DNA from: Octopus bimaculoides
Lineage: Eukaryota
Reading direction: 5' to 3'
Assembly (NCBI RefSeq): GCF_001194135.2
Contig: NC_068986.1
Location: 31,373,778 to 31,437,777 of the forward strand
Length of the DNA stretch: 64,000 bases
Within the stretch, counting starts at the first letter, position 1; every line of letters starts with the position of its first letter. The translations under genes were made by a program, and so were the position numbers. Under the pieces are notes generated by a model that had not been told where the DNA came from, did no database searches, and saw nothing but the letters and a program-made list of their open reading frames with translations. This document shows, piece by piece, positions 11,302-24,914 of this stretch.

Positions 11302-12864
11302 AAATATATTGTGTGTATAATATTTACACTAGTGTCGTGTTGTGTTATGTCTCTTAACTTAACAGTTCAACAAATAGAAATCACTAAATTAAATACCAGA
11401 CTGACATAAGTACTAGAGTCAATATGATTGACTAAACCCTTGATGGCAGTGCTCCATCATGGCTACAGTCTTATGACAGAAATGAGTAACAGCATGAAAT
11501 AATAGTTCTTTCATTTCATTTAAACAGCTAATGTTCTTATATATGAGAAAAAGATCTGTGGGTGTAAATGTAAACTTCCTATGACTGGAGTACACAACCT
11601 AATTTTAATATATTTCACTCCTCTTATGTTACTATGACCTTGAACAGCTTGAACACTGTAATGTCCAATTTCTAAGTATGGTTAAGAAGTTTGCTTTGTA
11701 ATTGTGTGATGTCAGGTTCAATCCCACTACTTCAGACAAGTAGCTTTCACTATGGCCTTGGGTTGGCCAGATCCTTGTGAAATTTGGTGGACAAAAACTG
11801 GGTGAAATCCATCAGAGGAACCATTGCTGTTTATTGGGGTGGTTAATTTAATCCGTCATTTGGTTTAATTCCACCATTTGGCTCTTGGATGCTTTTAGCA
11901 CAATCTATTCTGTCAAAAATAAACACTCTAAGTCTTTGCTCTGAAGATAACTGCCCCACCCATTTTCTTCCACTAGTCTTGAGAGGACCTGGAAAGGATC
12001 AACCCTTAATTTCTTTTTGGCTTTAAAAATTAAAATTATGCTCATGTAAGAAATTAATTTTTAAAAATTCAGGTTATATTTCAGCTTATACCTTATAATT
12101 CTACAAATCTGCATAACTTTTTATAAATCATTGGGTCGAGAATCTTTTGACCTTTTTATCACAATCAGTTCAACTTCAAGTGGAAATGCTGCCTATTTTT
12201 AGTTATCTTGAACTTAAAGGTCAAAGAAAATGCCATTTATAAGAATTGCATTATTTTTACCTTTTGTCTTGCACCTTTGCTATGTTTTCTCTTATATTAC
12301 CAATGTTATTTTGATATTCTGGTAACTCACTTCACCATGAAAAAATTTTTGTGCTGTACTAAATCCAAAGTCACTTATATTCATTTCATATCCATTAATC
12401 AATATCTCAATGAAAAGTTATATTTATACAGGTTCATGTTTTTACTTGCCCTTTCATATTTCTTTCTCGTCTGTCTGTTTACAACTGTCTTTGTTCTATT
12501 TCTGTTTAGAAATAAACTAAGGAGTCTTCAAGTTATAGTTTTCTAGGTGCAGATATGGATGTGTGGTTAATAAGCATGTGACTCAAGGTTCAATCTCATT
12601 GTGCAGACCTTTAGGTGTGTGTGTGTGTTCTATCAAAGCTTCCTGGTTGACAAACACTTTGAAATTTGGTAGACAAAAAGAATAACTGTACCGAAGCCCA
12701 TTATTTCATACACAGTATATAACATTCATGCATACATATATACATACATACATACATACATAGATTAATAGTAGTAATAGTAACTTCTATGCATAATTTC
12801 ATAATCAGGCAGTAAATTTATAGACTACACAGTACAAAAATAGAATAGTTCTATATTTAAGAGG

Positions 12865-13075
12865 TGAGGAATTATTTACATTATTTACAATTGATGGATA
12901 TTTGTCCTCATCTTGTATGTTGTTAACACAACGTTTCGGCTGATATACCCTCCAGCCTTCATCAGGTGTCTTGGGGAAATTTTGAACTTGGGTTCTCATT
13001 CCTAAGGTATTTTTCATTGTTGTTATTATCATTATTCAGGTCACTGCCTGAATAGTAACCTGCGCTCTTAACATT
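12865..13075 (-). mobile_element. Penelope-like element terminal fragment
   Basis: Contains the CCTGATGAAGGCTG...CAGCCGAAACGT signature typical of Penelope-like pseudo-LTR ends. Extent is approximate. Confidence 0.65.
12925..12970 (-). ncRNA. Minimal type-I hammerhead ribozyme motif
   Basis: Minus strand GACAC CUGAUGA A GGCUG GAGGGUAUAU CAGCC GAAAC GUU GUGUU. Core is intact, stem II is 5 bp, stem I is 4 Watson-Crick bp plus G-U, and stem III is the palindrome AACGUU. Confidence 0.75.
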
Positions 13076-13844
13076 ACATTCAAGCAAGAATATCATTGTT
13101 TGTGATAGACTGTTATCTGCCCCTCTCACTAATGCATATTTTTTTAATGCAAAATAAGAACAGCAATAAATTCCAGATAAACTACTATGGTTAGTGTCAT
13201 CTAAAACCCTTTGAAGGTGGCTTCCCAGCATTGGCTGCTGTCCAATGACTAACACCAGCAAAAGAAGAATAAAAAGAGTACGCAGTTTACATCATTCATC
13301 ATGAGCCAATGGTGGGGCTTCTATATGGTCACTTGCTAGAAATAGCAGCTAAATTTAACCTGAATTACACCTGAATTTTAAAAGCAGGAAAAGCACATTG
13401 GACAATCTAGTACTCCCTAATATAAAAAGAAAATGTTTTTTAAATCACTACAGAGTGATCATGGCTAGAACTATCTACGGGTTGATAGTTCAGAGCTGAT
13501 CTGAAGAGAAATAACAAGAATACTAGTAGACTTGTGTGCAGTGTATAATCTATGGATATGCTACAAATTTTAGGTTAATCAAAAAATGCCTGCCAAGATA
13601 TTGCTGGAAGTTGAAGGATTTTAATGTGCCACACTGGGCTGTATATGTATTTCTTTGAAGCAAAGTGAAAGTACTGTTTTTGTAGAGGGGGGGGGGGAGA
13701 AAAATTTTTAAAAAGTTGATGGTGCATTGTAAAACTTTTAGTGCCAAAGTTGCCTTGGAGGGAAAAAGGTTGGAAATTGCTGCTTTCAGCATTCATTTCA
13801 TCTGCTAGAAATGGCAGCACAATCTTCTCAAATCCCATCCCAAG

Positions 13845-14222
13845 GTGCAGGTGTGGCTGTGTGATTAAGAAGCTCATTTTGCAGTCACTTTGTTCTACTA
13901 CATGGTACCTTGGGCACTGGGCAATTGTCTTCAACTATTGTCCTGGGCCAACCAATGCTTTGTGAGTGAATTTGGTAGACAGAAACTGTGTGGAAGCCCA
14001 TCATGTGTGTGTGTGCGTGTGTCTTTGTGTTTGTTCTTTGTGTTTGACAACCGGTGTTAGTTTGTTTATATCTCTGTAACTTGGTTTGGAAAAAAGGTAC
14101 CTATAGAATAAGTCCCAGGCTTTAAAAAAAAAAGTTCTGGAGTTGATTCATTTGACTAAATCTCTAAAAGTAGTGCCCCAGCATGGCCACTGTCCAATGA
14201 GTGTAACAAATAATAGATAAAA
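13845..14222 (+). mobile_element. SINE family A (CORE-like tRNA SINE), older full-length copy
   Basis: Same head, internal (TG)n and 3' half (ccccagcatggccactgtccaatga) as the copies at 22214 and 44326. Confidence 0.8.
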
Positions 14223-15034
14223 GATACTCTCAAAAGAGAGAAAGAAAGAACTCATTGGACAATATAGTTGTCCCTTACACTGAAATGAGTGAGATGTGTT
14301 TTTTATTATGGGCTGCTAAATCAAGGCTGATCTACAGCTAAATAATATCATAATCAACTATCTCAGGCAAAAATCCATTTTAGAAGTTTGTAATTACATG
14401 ATCCAAATTCCTGTACTCTTAATTATAGTCTATTTCCTTTGACATGAAATTAATTGCAGCTTCTGATAAATCTCTTATCTGAAAATCAAATGATATATAA
14501 TTATATCATCATAACTCCCTTTTATTTTTAGTTTATATTATATGTCTATTTAAAGCTTTTATCTTACATGACACAAGGTGGTTAATATGATCTATCATTA
14601 TATGAGAAATTCCTCACACACATAAACACAGATTTCGTTTTTGATTTTTCTCTTCTGAGATTTCCAACATATTTAACCTTTCCATTAAGAATCATTTTCT
14701 TTTCACAATATGAAAAGAAAACAGTCAATCAGACATTTTTGCAGACTGTCATTATTGAACCTGAAAATTGAAAAAACTATTGAAAATGGGATGCATTATT
14801 GCATTGAAGCTAACATTACAATAAATCACAATAACTGAGCAATTTCTGTATTGATACCTCAATACCAAATGTATTTGATATGGTATATGTGAAAAGAAAC
14901 AAGAATATACTATGGTGATATTTGCAATACTTGATAGATATTTGACATGGGTTATCAATTCATAATCTTACAATCTTTCAATTCCTGTTTCTTTCACTTC
15001 TCTGTCTTTCTTTATCCTACTTTTATCTTTCACT

Positions 15035-15288
15035 TGTTTCAATCACTGGACTGTGGCCATGCTGGGGCACACTGCCTTGAAGAGTTAGTTGAATAAATCG
15101 ACCCCAGTTCTTCTTTTTTTTATTTTAACTCTGTTACTTATTCTATCAGTCTCTTTTGCAAAACTGTAAAATTACAGAGATGTAAACAAACAAATACCAG
15201 TTGTCAAGTAGTGGTGGTGGACTGAACTCAAAAGCCATGTGGTCTGGAAGCAACCTTCTTAACCATAAAGCCACATCTGCCTCCTTAT
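15035..15288 (-). mobile_element. SINE family A with an internal deletion
   Basis: The 3' half (gactgtggccatgctggggcac...tcgaccccag) is joined directly to the head (aagccatgtggtctggaagcaaccttcttaaccat). Confidence 0.75.
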
Positions 15289-15396
15289 TCTTTTCTCCAC
15301 TCTTCTTTCTTTCATAGAAAACAGTGTGCATGTTTCAGTCTTATTAGACCCTTCAGGAAAGCATTTTCTACTTGACAAAATTTAGTAGTGATCAGC

Positions 15397-15427
<31 letters not shown>

Positions 15428-16243
15428 GAGAGAGAAATAGGGGGAATGAAGTGAATTTGATTATGTATATCAACAATATGGTTGAGGAAAGTACCTCAAA
15501 GGAGTGTTCTGCATACTAAATACACATATGATAAAAAGCCCCTATATGCAATGCAAATAAATGTATTCTACTGTAGGTACCATCTGAGAAATCGTTACCT
15601 ATTTCTCTTATTAAAAGTCTGGTATTGTATATACATGAACATGCATTGTTCATAACCAGTTGTCTTAGATTTGGGTCAGACGATCAAAAAGGTTTCTTAC
15701 AGGTCATTTCAGTACTATTCCCAATGGCTAGAACAAGAAAACTAAAGAAAACAACGATTCATTTTGACCACTCCTATTCCTTTACTTATGCAAAACCCAA
15801 CTTCAAACCCACCAAAAACAGTTACAGGATGCAGATCCAGCTTATGCCTTTTTAATTGTGTTCTTTCCTGTGATCAGTAAATAATTCTTTACAATTTCCT
15901 CTATCTTACATGAAATGAGATTGTTCATGAGAAAAAGAGTCTTAAAACATAAGAGAAGCCTGTTATTACTCGAAATAGAAGATGAAAGGTTTGTTTCTAA
16001 AAATTATATCCTAGAGACTATAAGATCTGAAATGCATAAGGCCTGAAATTAAGCTTTTAGCTTATCTTTGTCTTACTTGGAACTTAGTAACAAATGTCAT
16101 TCTAAGCTTTTAGTTTATCTTACTTGGGTCTTAGTGACAAGTGTCATACAGTTAAAGGGTGCAGACATTGTTACGTGTTTAAGAAGTTTGCTTTGAGAGT
16201 AAATGATATTGTGTAACATTCTGAGAGAGTGATGACAAATGTT

Positions 16244-16287
<44 letters not shown>

Positions 16288-16519
16288 AGAGAGAGAGAGA
16301 GAGAGTATATTTATCTTATTTCTAAAGTTATTGAGAAAGGATAATTGAGAGGATATTATAAAATGAGATTTGATTTTAAAGAATAAAAAAAAAATTCCTC
16401 TATCTCAGAATGTTTCATTCCTTCAATGTAAAGCTTAACATGATTAAGTCTAGGTCTGGAATAGAAATGTCTAAATCATCTGTGTCAATTTAGTATCTAG
16501 GAAAGAACTTAACTCTGAA

Positions 16520-16800
16520 TTGTCATTGTTCACCAGTTTAACATTACTAAGTGGTCCTCCTGTATTTTTAATAGAGTCCATTGTTGCAAGCATTTGTGCC
16601 ATGTCTTCAAGTCTAATTCATTGTTTATGTATGGCTTATTTTCTACTGCAGAAACCCATGAGTCATCACTTCTGCTGCCCTTCCCCCCGAGCATTACCAA
16701 TCTCATAGACCTTGCAAATGTTATTGGCACTATCCTTCCTACTCTGACTAAGCAGTAAAAAAGAAGAAAAATAACATGATCAAGCAAAAGGTGCAGTAGA
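16520..16800 (-). mobile_element. Possible decayed RTE/LINE C-terminal coding remnant
   Basis: Minus-strand MRLVMLGGKGSRSDDSWVSAVEN..LDLKTW and KVYEIGNARGEGQQK resemble the RTE C-terminal LMLGKIEG.RGRGR..W motif. The match is weak. Confidence 0.35.
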
Positions 16801-18489
16801 ATGTCTGGTTGATCAGTGGGGAGCCAAAGTTTTATGTGTCCCCCAATGCTGGCAATTTAAGATTGTGGAATAGCTGTACAAGGTGGTTTTGTTGTTGATC
16901 TAAATTGACTCAGTATGTCATTTTAGATATGCCAAAGCTACTTTCATTTCTATATGTAGGATGCTTACAGCACCTAGGTTTCCCAAGCAGTTACCCATCT
17001 AAGTACTCACTAGGCTCCATGTTGCTTAACTTCGGTGATCAGATGAAAACCGGTGCTCTCAGCGTGATTTACAGTCAAGTTCTTTCTAATACTCAATAAA
17101 ATTTAGGAATGAGATCTATTGTATACTGCAATGTTTATCAATGCTTGAGTATTCACTTTCAAAACTTGTTCAGTTAGTTATTTACCAGCTCTGTTTGTTA
17201 TGACTTATATATATATACATTTATACATTAGTAAGCATAAGCTTATAATCTGTTTAGTTTGTCTTGTAGGGGAAATATGACATTTGCATACTATTCTTAT
17301 GACAATGGTTCCATTATTTATAAATTGTGGAAAATCTGAATTATTTTTTTCTTCAACCATTTTGCTGGTATCTTTTAGCAAGTGCAGTGTCGTTTTTGTA
17401 TTTGGAAAGATCTTTCTTTCATTTCAGCTGCCTGATAACAATATGAAGAATTTCTGATATTATTTTTCAACCAGCCTTTTTTAATGCCCTCAATGTTTTA
17501 TTATTATTATTATTTTCACATTGGCAATTTTAAAACTTTCTTTTATGCAACTGTTTCATTTATGATATTTAAGTGGTTTTTATAGACAACGTAAATATCA
17601 CACAAGAAATCTTAGAAACTATTCTCTTTAGTTTTGTTCTTTACATATTTTTTTCTTTTTTTAGTCCAGTTAAATTTTTTTAAATTACTGCATTTTCTCG
17701 TGTAATTTAGGATCTTTGATTTAGATTTTCTTTCTTTCGAAACAAATATCCTGCATGATTTTGCAGATGAGATGAAAGATTGAATTATATATATAATTTT
17801 TTGCTGCATTCAATTTTATTGATATTTTCGAAAGTTGGATAATCATGTTTTAGCTGCATTTTAAAAGAGTTTATTTAATCCTTTGAGATTTCTTAATATA
17901 GAATAGTTTTCATTCTTCTCTCTTTGGAATTTAGTTATGTTGTAAATTATACTGTTTGTAGCCAGTGTAAATTTTTAGAAACTTTTAACTTTATGTTCAG
18001 CATAATGATTTTTAACCCTTTTCAATCCATGACACATTGAGTTAAAAGTGTTATAGCATACCATCAGCTTTTAAAAAGATTCATTATCTAGAGAAAAAAA
18101 AAATTTGAACAGAGATGAGTACATATGTTGTACTTTCTTGCAAAAGAAATTCTCTTCAAAAACACTTGACTTTTCTAAATATATTAGTATTTTTCAACTT
18201 GTGGCACATCTGCACAAGTGTACTCTGATACAGTGATTAAACATGTCTTTTCTGTATTTTAAATATATTAGCTTGTTTGTTCAGTATCCATCTTCCAAGT
18301 ATGGATTTGGACATCCTCTTATCAACACTTACCTGTTTTCACGCAGCAGAATTCTTATACCAGATGATTTTGAAACCACAGAGAAACTGGTCATGATGCC
18401 AATAAGGAATGCTAATATCATCACTGTCTCACTCAACCAGTGAAAGCATAAACATACACACATACATACACACACACACACACACATTA

Positions 18490-19800
18490 AATGATCAACG
18501 CTTTTTTTATACAGCTCTCCTCATTTATATGCTTTACGTCTTCTTCCTTGCACACAGTTAATTCCTCTTACACTCAGGTTTTCTCTTAACACATTTGTTG
18601 TTTATGCTCTTAAATTGCATGCCCAATGGAGCATGCTAGTTTTATTTTTGTTTCCAGTCTTCTCAAGTACTCTGCATTTAAGGCAAAGGGCATGTTTCAC
18701 TACCATGCAATGTTGCAGTTTTAACACAAGTATAGTACAATCTACCTTTTGCTTTGAAGGAAAAGACCTTTGATACTGGCTGCAATAGAAGCAACCTGAA
18801 TTTTTTCCAACATGCTCTTACCCTAGATATTATACATTCAGAGCAACCTCCTACACTGCCAATTGCATCTCTTAGGCAACAAAAGCTATTGACTGCTTCA
18901 AGTGAGATTTCAGCTGTCTCTTATAATGGAACATACCATGCTTTTGTTTTCCATGTCAATGATGAGTGTGCTTTCATCATTTTGAATACACTTCTCACCA
19001 ATGATGTCCTAGTTCTCCCTCACTCACAGTCTTGCAATTTTGAATACTTCATGTCTTTGATCTCATTTTTTCTGCCTCATTCTTAGCCAAGTACACCTGC
19101 TGCTTAGCTATTCTTCTATCCATTTGATAATGCTCCCTACTTCTGCTTTCCTTCCTAGTTTCCTAAGCCTGTCTTTTATCCCCTGCTGCCCTATCAACTG
19201 TGTCATTTCACCATCATGTCATTTTAATTTGGCTAGGACTTTGTACCTCTTAGCAGGTCATTTCATGGAAATTACAAGTAACTTATGCTACAGACACTTA
19301 AATCTTTCTCCCTAAAGTTCTATGCATCAATTAGAATTTTGCTAACCCTATTCCCAAGTGGGAGATCTTTTAGCTTTCATTTCTTCCTTCTCCATATCAT
19401 CTGATTCTGTGTCTGCCTAGCTCTGACTTTGAAATCGCTATTAACTAATCTATGTTGTGTTGTGCATTCTGTTTTGAGGTGTATAAAAGCTCTTCTGTTC
19501 TATTTCCATGTGAGAATGTAATCTATCTGACTTGTGTGTTCACCAGTTGGCAGGTGACGAAGTGGCTGGTTTCTTAAAGTGTGTTAGATCAGCTGCATCA
19601 TATCTTGCACCTTCTTCATTTCTTGAAACAAAACCATAGCCTCCATGTATTTCAGAAAAGCCATCATTGTGTTGGCCAACATGTCTGTTGAAGTTGCCTG
19701 CCACAGTAATGAAGTTACTGTCATTTACTATTGAGATAGTTTACAAGATCTCATAGAAACCGCTCTTCTGTTTTTGTCAAACTTGCCTTTTGAACATGTG
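18490..19800 (-). mobile_element. Decayed RTE-clade LINE (APE endonuclease to start of RT)
   Basis: Minus-strand GNFNRHVGQHNDGFSEIHGGYGFVSRNEEGAR...THFKKPA matches the RTE endonuclease GDFNGHVG....GF.G.HGG.G.G.RNEEG motif. Downstream frames are broken. Confidence 0.8.
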
Positions 19801-19905
19801 CAGAAATAAATGTTACTGTTGTGTTGCCTACAACAAGTCTCATCTTAATTATCTTATCACATACCCTGACTACCTTTATCTATCTGTCTATTTATCTATT
19901 TATTC

Positions 19906-19965
19906 ATCTCTCTCTCTCTCCCTTTCTATACACACTCTCTCTCTCTCTCTCTCTGTCTTTCTCTT

Positions 19966-20006
<41 letters not shown>

Positions 20007-20144
20007 GTCTTTCTCTTTCTCTCTCTCTGTCTTTCTCTCTCTCTGTCTTTCTCTTTCTCTCTCTCTGTCTTTCTCTCTCTCTGTCTTTCTCTTTCTCTCT
20101 CTCTGTCTTTCTCTTTCTCTCTCTCTGTCTTTCTCTTTCTCTCT
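19906..20144. repeat. Compound (CT)n microsatellite with recurring CTGTCTTT interruptions
   Basis: Read directly. Confidence 0.95.
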
Positions 20145-22213
20145 AGAAAGCAATAGTGTAGTTTACTGGTAGAATACTGAAGTGTGTTGAAGCAGATCGA
20201 TAGGAACCACTGTTGGGATTCACAATACTGAGTTCATATTTTTCTAACTTTAATTCTTTCATACTTTTAGAATAGTTGTTTCAACTGATTTTTGTTATTT
20301 TATAATTCTTGTATTTTCAAAGCTGATTGGTGGATTGTTTGTCTTTTGGAACAACTTATTTTACACTGATTCCCCATTCTGGAGTTAATCCTTTAATTGG
20401 GATTATTTAACATGATATTATATTTGAAATTCAAAAATTAAATCCACCCCAACCCCTTTTCACTTTGTCACATTTCTTTCAGTGGAATAGAATAATATGC
20501 TGGTCTCAGCGTTTTCTCAATGTTTTAGCCTAAGCAGTTTGATTTTAATGTAGACGTATTATTTCAAGATGTAGAACTTACTAAACCTGGCACCATTTCA
20601 AAGATCATGCGATTTCTTTAGGAGAAGTGTACTTACTTCATTGTCTAATCATTAAAATAATAATGAATTTCTTATGTAGGGTACTCAGGTACATTAGAAC
20701 TCACCAGAAAAAAGTAAAAGAGGAGACAAAAAAAAAATTACACAAACAGCAGTAAGACAAGCAAAGAAAGACATAATGATGGCCAAAAGATTTATTATGC
20801 AAAGTATACTGAATAATACACAATGGTATGAAAATGTGGACAGTAATAAGCCATCAGAAAGAAAAGAATGTGTAAGCAGGTTAAAAGTAGTGTTGATTGA
20901 TTGCCGGAAGCATGGGATTATTGAAGCATGCAGTGCCTTGACAGTTAACAATTAATGTGGATAGTTTATTTCATACTTTAACAATTTTGAGTGTAAAAAA
21001 AACTGTTTCTTAATGTCAAGAGTATTGCAATGCATTTTATTTTATAATTATTGCCATTGATGGTTGAGATATTGAATTCAGAAAGATGGCTAAAGTTGTT
21101 GGTAGAGATCTGCTGGATAATTTTGTGTGCCTCTTCTAAATTAGCTGTTGAAGTTTTAGTGTGTTAATGTTTTTTTGTTTTTTTTTAAATATATGTTATG
21201 GTTTAGTTAGAGGAGGAAGGGCAGTGTGCATGACCTTTTTACTGGGTCTCCGAGTCTGAGAAGGAAAGGCAATCTAAAACCATAACTTCTGGAAGCAGTG
21301 CATCAAGATATTGAGTTATCCTTAGCCCAGAAGCTTGGAAGGAATGCATGCAACAGTAGACTCCACTAAAGGCACACAAGAGTCATGTGGTAGTTTTAAT
21401 CTTGGGTACAGTTGCACTAACAACACAGAACTGACTTCCTTCGTTAGCTTAAATCAACTATGTCGATGCTACGGATGTGGTTGATCTTAGATCATATACA
21501 TTATTTAAAATTCATTTTAATAACATTGTTATATTAAGTGTTAAGCTTGAAATCTAAAAGCAGTGTTACCTTTCTTCCTCGTACGTTTTACTCGCATTTA
21601 AAGAAACATATTGTTTTTCATTCTTTGTTTATTTTATTTAATAACTTGATTTTACTTTTGATATAAAAGTACATCTCTTCCATATGGTTCTGCATCTGGA
21701 ATAGATATAATTATTTTTCTTTATTCCTTTACCATAGTATTGTTATAATTTTTTGAGGATGCTTGTTCTGTATCTTCTTTCATATCAACCATTTTATTTT
21801 TTATTTTAAATAAATATAATCTTCCTGTGTGACATTTCACACTCCAACTGACACATACAGTAAGTAGCATGAAAGTTTGTGCATCTGTGTATATATATGA
21901 GAGAGAAGGGGGGAGTGAAAGAGTGATGGGGGAGTAAAAAGTCACATCATGTATCTTGTAATTGTTTTAGTTGAATTGTCTCAGTTGTTTATCAAGGTTT
22001 TTTTTTTTAATTCTTGCTATCTATTTGGTAAATATTCTAAAAGAATGAGAAAGGAAGATAAATGTAAACATATAATGTGTGAGGCAGGATACAGATGAAA
22101 TATGTCAAGAAGTTGATTCGATTGCCTCTTTAGAAAGGTTAGGAATAGGTTAAATATTTTTACATGTCAAAATAAAAATGTGAGGTGGGAAAATGACTTC
22201 AAGAAAATATTAT

Positions 22214-22605
22214 AAGCAGGGGTGGCTGTGTGTTAAGTAGCTTGCTTACCAACCACATGGTTCTGGGTTCAGTCCCACTGCATGGCACCTTAGGCAAGTG
22301 TCTTCTACTATAGCCTCGGGCCAACCAAAGCCTTGTGAGTGGATTTGGTAGACGGAAACTGAAAGAAGCCCGTCATATATATGTATATACATATATGTAT
22401 GTGTTTTGTGTGTCTGTGTTTGTCACCCCAACATCGCTTAACAACCGATGTTGGTGTGTTTACGTCCCTGTAACTTAGCGGTTCGGCAGAAAGAAACCGA
22501 TAGAATAAGTACTAGGCTTACAAAGAATAAGTCCTGGGGTCGATTTGCGCTCGACTAAAGGCAGTGCTCCAGCATGACCACAGTCAAAAATGACTGAAAT
22601 GAGTA
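22214..22605 (+). mobile_element. SINE family A (CORE-like tRNA SINE; octopus OR-type), full length
   Basis: tRNA-like head GTGGCTGTGTG..AAGTAGCTTGCTTACC...GGGTTCAGTCCC, CORE-like CCTT.GGCAAGTGTCTTC, internal (TA/TG) run and conserved 3' half. Confidence 0.9.
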
Positions 22606-23424
22606 ACTTCTGTATTTGTTTCATATTATATAATGAGTTGATTTTGAGAGATCATATTTAATAGAGCAATGAAACAATTGGATGAGTAAAATAGCAGTAG
22701 TTGCTATAGAGGATAGGGATTACTATCAAAACTTTCCAGAGGATATTTTCATATGCAGAGACCCATATTTAAAAAAAAAAAAAGGGGGGAAGGAATTGTG
22801 AAATAATATTTGTATGTCATAAATGACAACCAAATAAGATAAAAGAAAAATAGCAAACAAAAGATAATAGTTAACAATAACAAATTAAAGACATCCATAT
22901 GCTCTCACTTCCTGCTAGCAGTTTTCTTCTCAATAAAACAATTCGATGATGATGGTGATAATAACGATTACAACAGTGGTGACAGATTTATAGAGGGAAG
23001 CTACTATTAATCTAAGAACAGTGTCAGAATATTGTTTAGTTCTGCAAGTGAGATGAGAAATAGCTGTAAGTTGAGGTATTGCACACTAAAACTTCAAACA
23101 GAACAACCACCAGTTCAAATGTAATAAAAGTATGCAAATTAGCTAGTGGCATATTCACATCTCAAATATTCAATTTAGATCTCGTAATTATTCAAATTTT
23201 CACTTGGATTATATTTTTTTTAATAGACCTGTTACATGTTTTACCATGTTTGAATGAATTATAGTTGTATCTGTTGATAGTAAAACTATATTTCAATAAA
23301 ATTTCCCCAAATAAATCAGCAGCTAACTTTCCTTTGTTATTTCCTTAGATTTTCTATAAAATAACATTGTATGGGTTAATGATAAACTGATTGAGGTGTT
23401 GGTTATGTTACAGATGTGTGTTAA

Positions 23425-23657
23425 GGCGGCGAGCTGGCAGAAACATTAGCACGCCAGGCGAAATGCTTACCGTTATTTCGTCTGCTGTTATGTTCTGAGT
23501 TCAAATTCCGCCAAGGTCGACTTTGCCTTTTATCCTTTCGAGGTCGATAAATAAAGTAGCAGTTACACACTGGGGTCGATGTAATCGACTTAATGCCTTG
23601 TCTGTCCTTGCTTGTCCCCTCTATGTTTAGCCCCTTGAGGGCAATAAAGAAATAAGA
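23425..23657 (+). mobile_element. SINE family B, full length with a decayed 13-bp target-site duplication
   Basis: GGCGGCGAGCTGGCAGAAAC...GAGTTCAAATTCC...GAAATAAG; flanks AGATGTGTGTTAA (23412-23424) and AGATGCGTCTTAA (23655-23667), 11/13 identical. Confidence 0.9.
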
Positions 23658-24853
23658 TGCGTCTTAACACTGACTGTTTTCAACTTCAAAGGAAATAATC
23701 TCAGGTTATTGAAGCAGATACTTTCAGTGATTAATTCATCATAAGTTGAAATACTTTTATTTTGGGTTTTATAGTATTTATTTTATAGTAATTAGTTTAA
23801 AATACTAATCATCTATGAATTCATTTCAAGAACTGTTGAAGTTGTCAACTTTGGCTACTTGGATTTTTTTTTTTTTTTTTCAAGAATAGTATACTCTCAT
23901 TTCTTTTATCCAATGTGTTTGCTGGGAGATGTTGTTTGAGAGAGATTTAGCTGTTATTTTTGGTTGGTCAAGTGATCATGTAGAGGCTCGATATAATTAT
24001 TCATTGACTTGTGTTTCGAAAGATATGGAATGATTTAAGAGTTTCTTGATCATCTTTTTTTTTTTTTTCCTTTTATCAATTTCACCAACTGAACTGTGAT
24101 TCTGCTGGGGCACTGCTTTTAATGGTTTGATTTAGTCACNNNNNNNNNNNNNNNNNNNNNNNNNNNNNNNNNNNNNNNNNNNNNNNNNNNNNNNNNNNNN
24201 NNNNNNNNNNNNNNNNNNNNNNNNNNNNNNNNNNNNNNNNNNNNNNNNNNNNNNNNNNNNNNNNNNNNNNNNNNNNNNNNNNNNNNNNNNNNNNNNNNNN
24301 NNNNNNNNNNNNNNNNNNNNNNNNNNNNNNNNNNNNNNNNNNNNNNNNNNNNNNNNNNNNNNNNNNNNNNNNNNNNNNNNNNNNNNNNNNNNNNNNNNNN
24401 NNNNNNNNNNNNNNNNNNNNNNNNNNNNNNNNNNNNNNNNNNNNNNNNNNNNNNNNNNNNNNNNNNNNNNNNNNNNNNNNNNNNNNNNNNNNNNNNNNNN
24501 NNNNNNNNNNNNNNNNNNNNNNNNNNNNNNNNNNNNNNNNNNNNNNNNNNNNNNNNNNNNNNNNNNNNNNNNNNNNNNNNNNNNNNNNNNNNNNNNNNNN
24601 NNNNNNNNNNNNNNNNNNNNNNNNNNNNNNNNNNNNNNNNNNNNNNNNNNNNNNNNNNNNNNNNNNNNNNNNNNNNNNNNNNNNNNNNNNNNNNNNNNNN
24701 NNNNNNNNNNNNNNNNNNNNNNNNNNNNNNNNNNNNNNNNNNNNNNNNNNNNNNNNNNNNNNNNNNNNNNNNNNNNNNNNNNNNNNNNNNNNNNNNNNNN
24801 NNNNNNNNNNNNNNNNNNNNNNNNNNNNNNNNNNNNNNNNNNNNNNNNNNNNN

Positions 24854-24914
<61 letters not shown>

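Noticed and set aside
6238-17460. Scattered plus-strand AG...GT open segments (about 6238-6303, 10628-10677, 16651-16755, 17428-17457) that could form an upstream gene
   Set aside because: I recognise no protein family, the donors are weak or phases inconsistent, and one overlaps a probable LINE remnant. This many such segments is expected by chance in AT-rich DNA.
18332-18430. Minus-strand signal-peptide-like frame MILAFLIGIMTSFSVV... ending at a perfect AG|gtaagt donor
   Set aside because: I found no convincing acceptor or compatible downstream exon. It abuts, and may continue, the decayed RTE at 18490-19800.
20697-20953. Lys-rich plus frame (NSPEKSKRGDKKK...MMAKRFIMQSIL...) and a hydrophobic minus ORF
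   Set aside because: Both are explained by A-rich/T-rich composition. There is no recognisable domain and no solid splice context.
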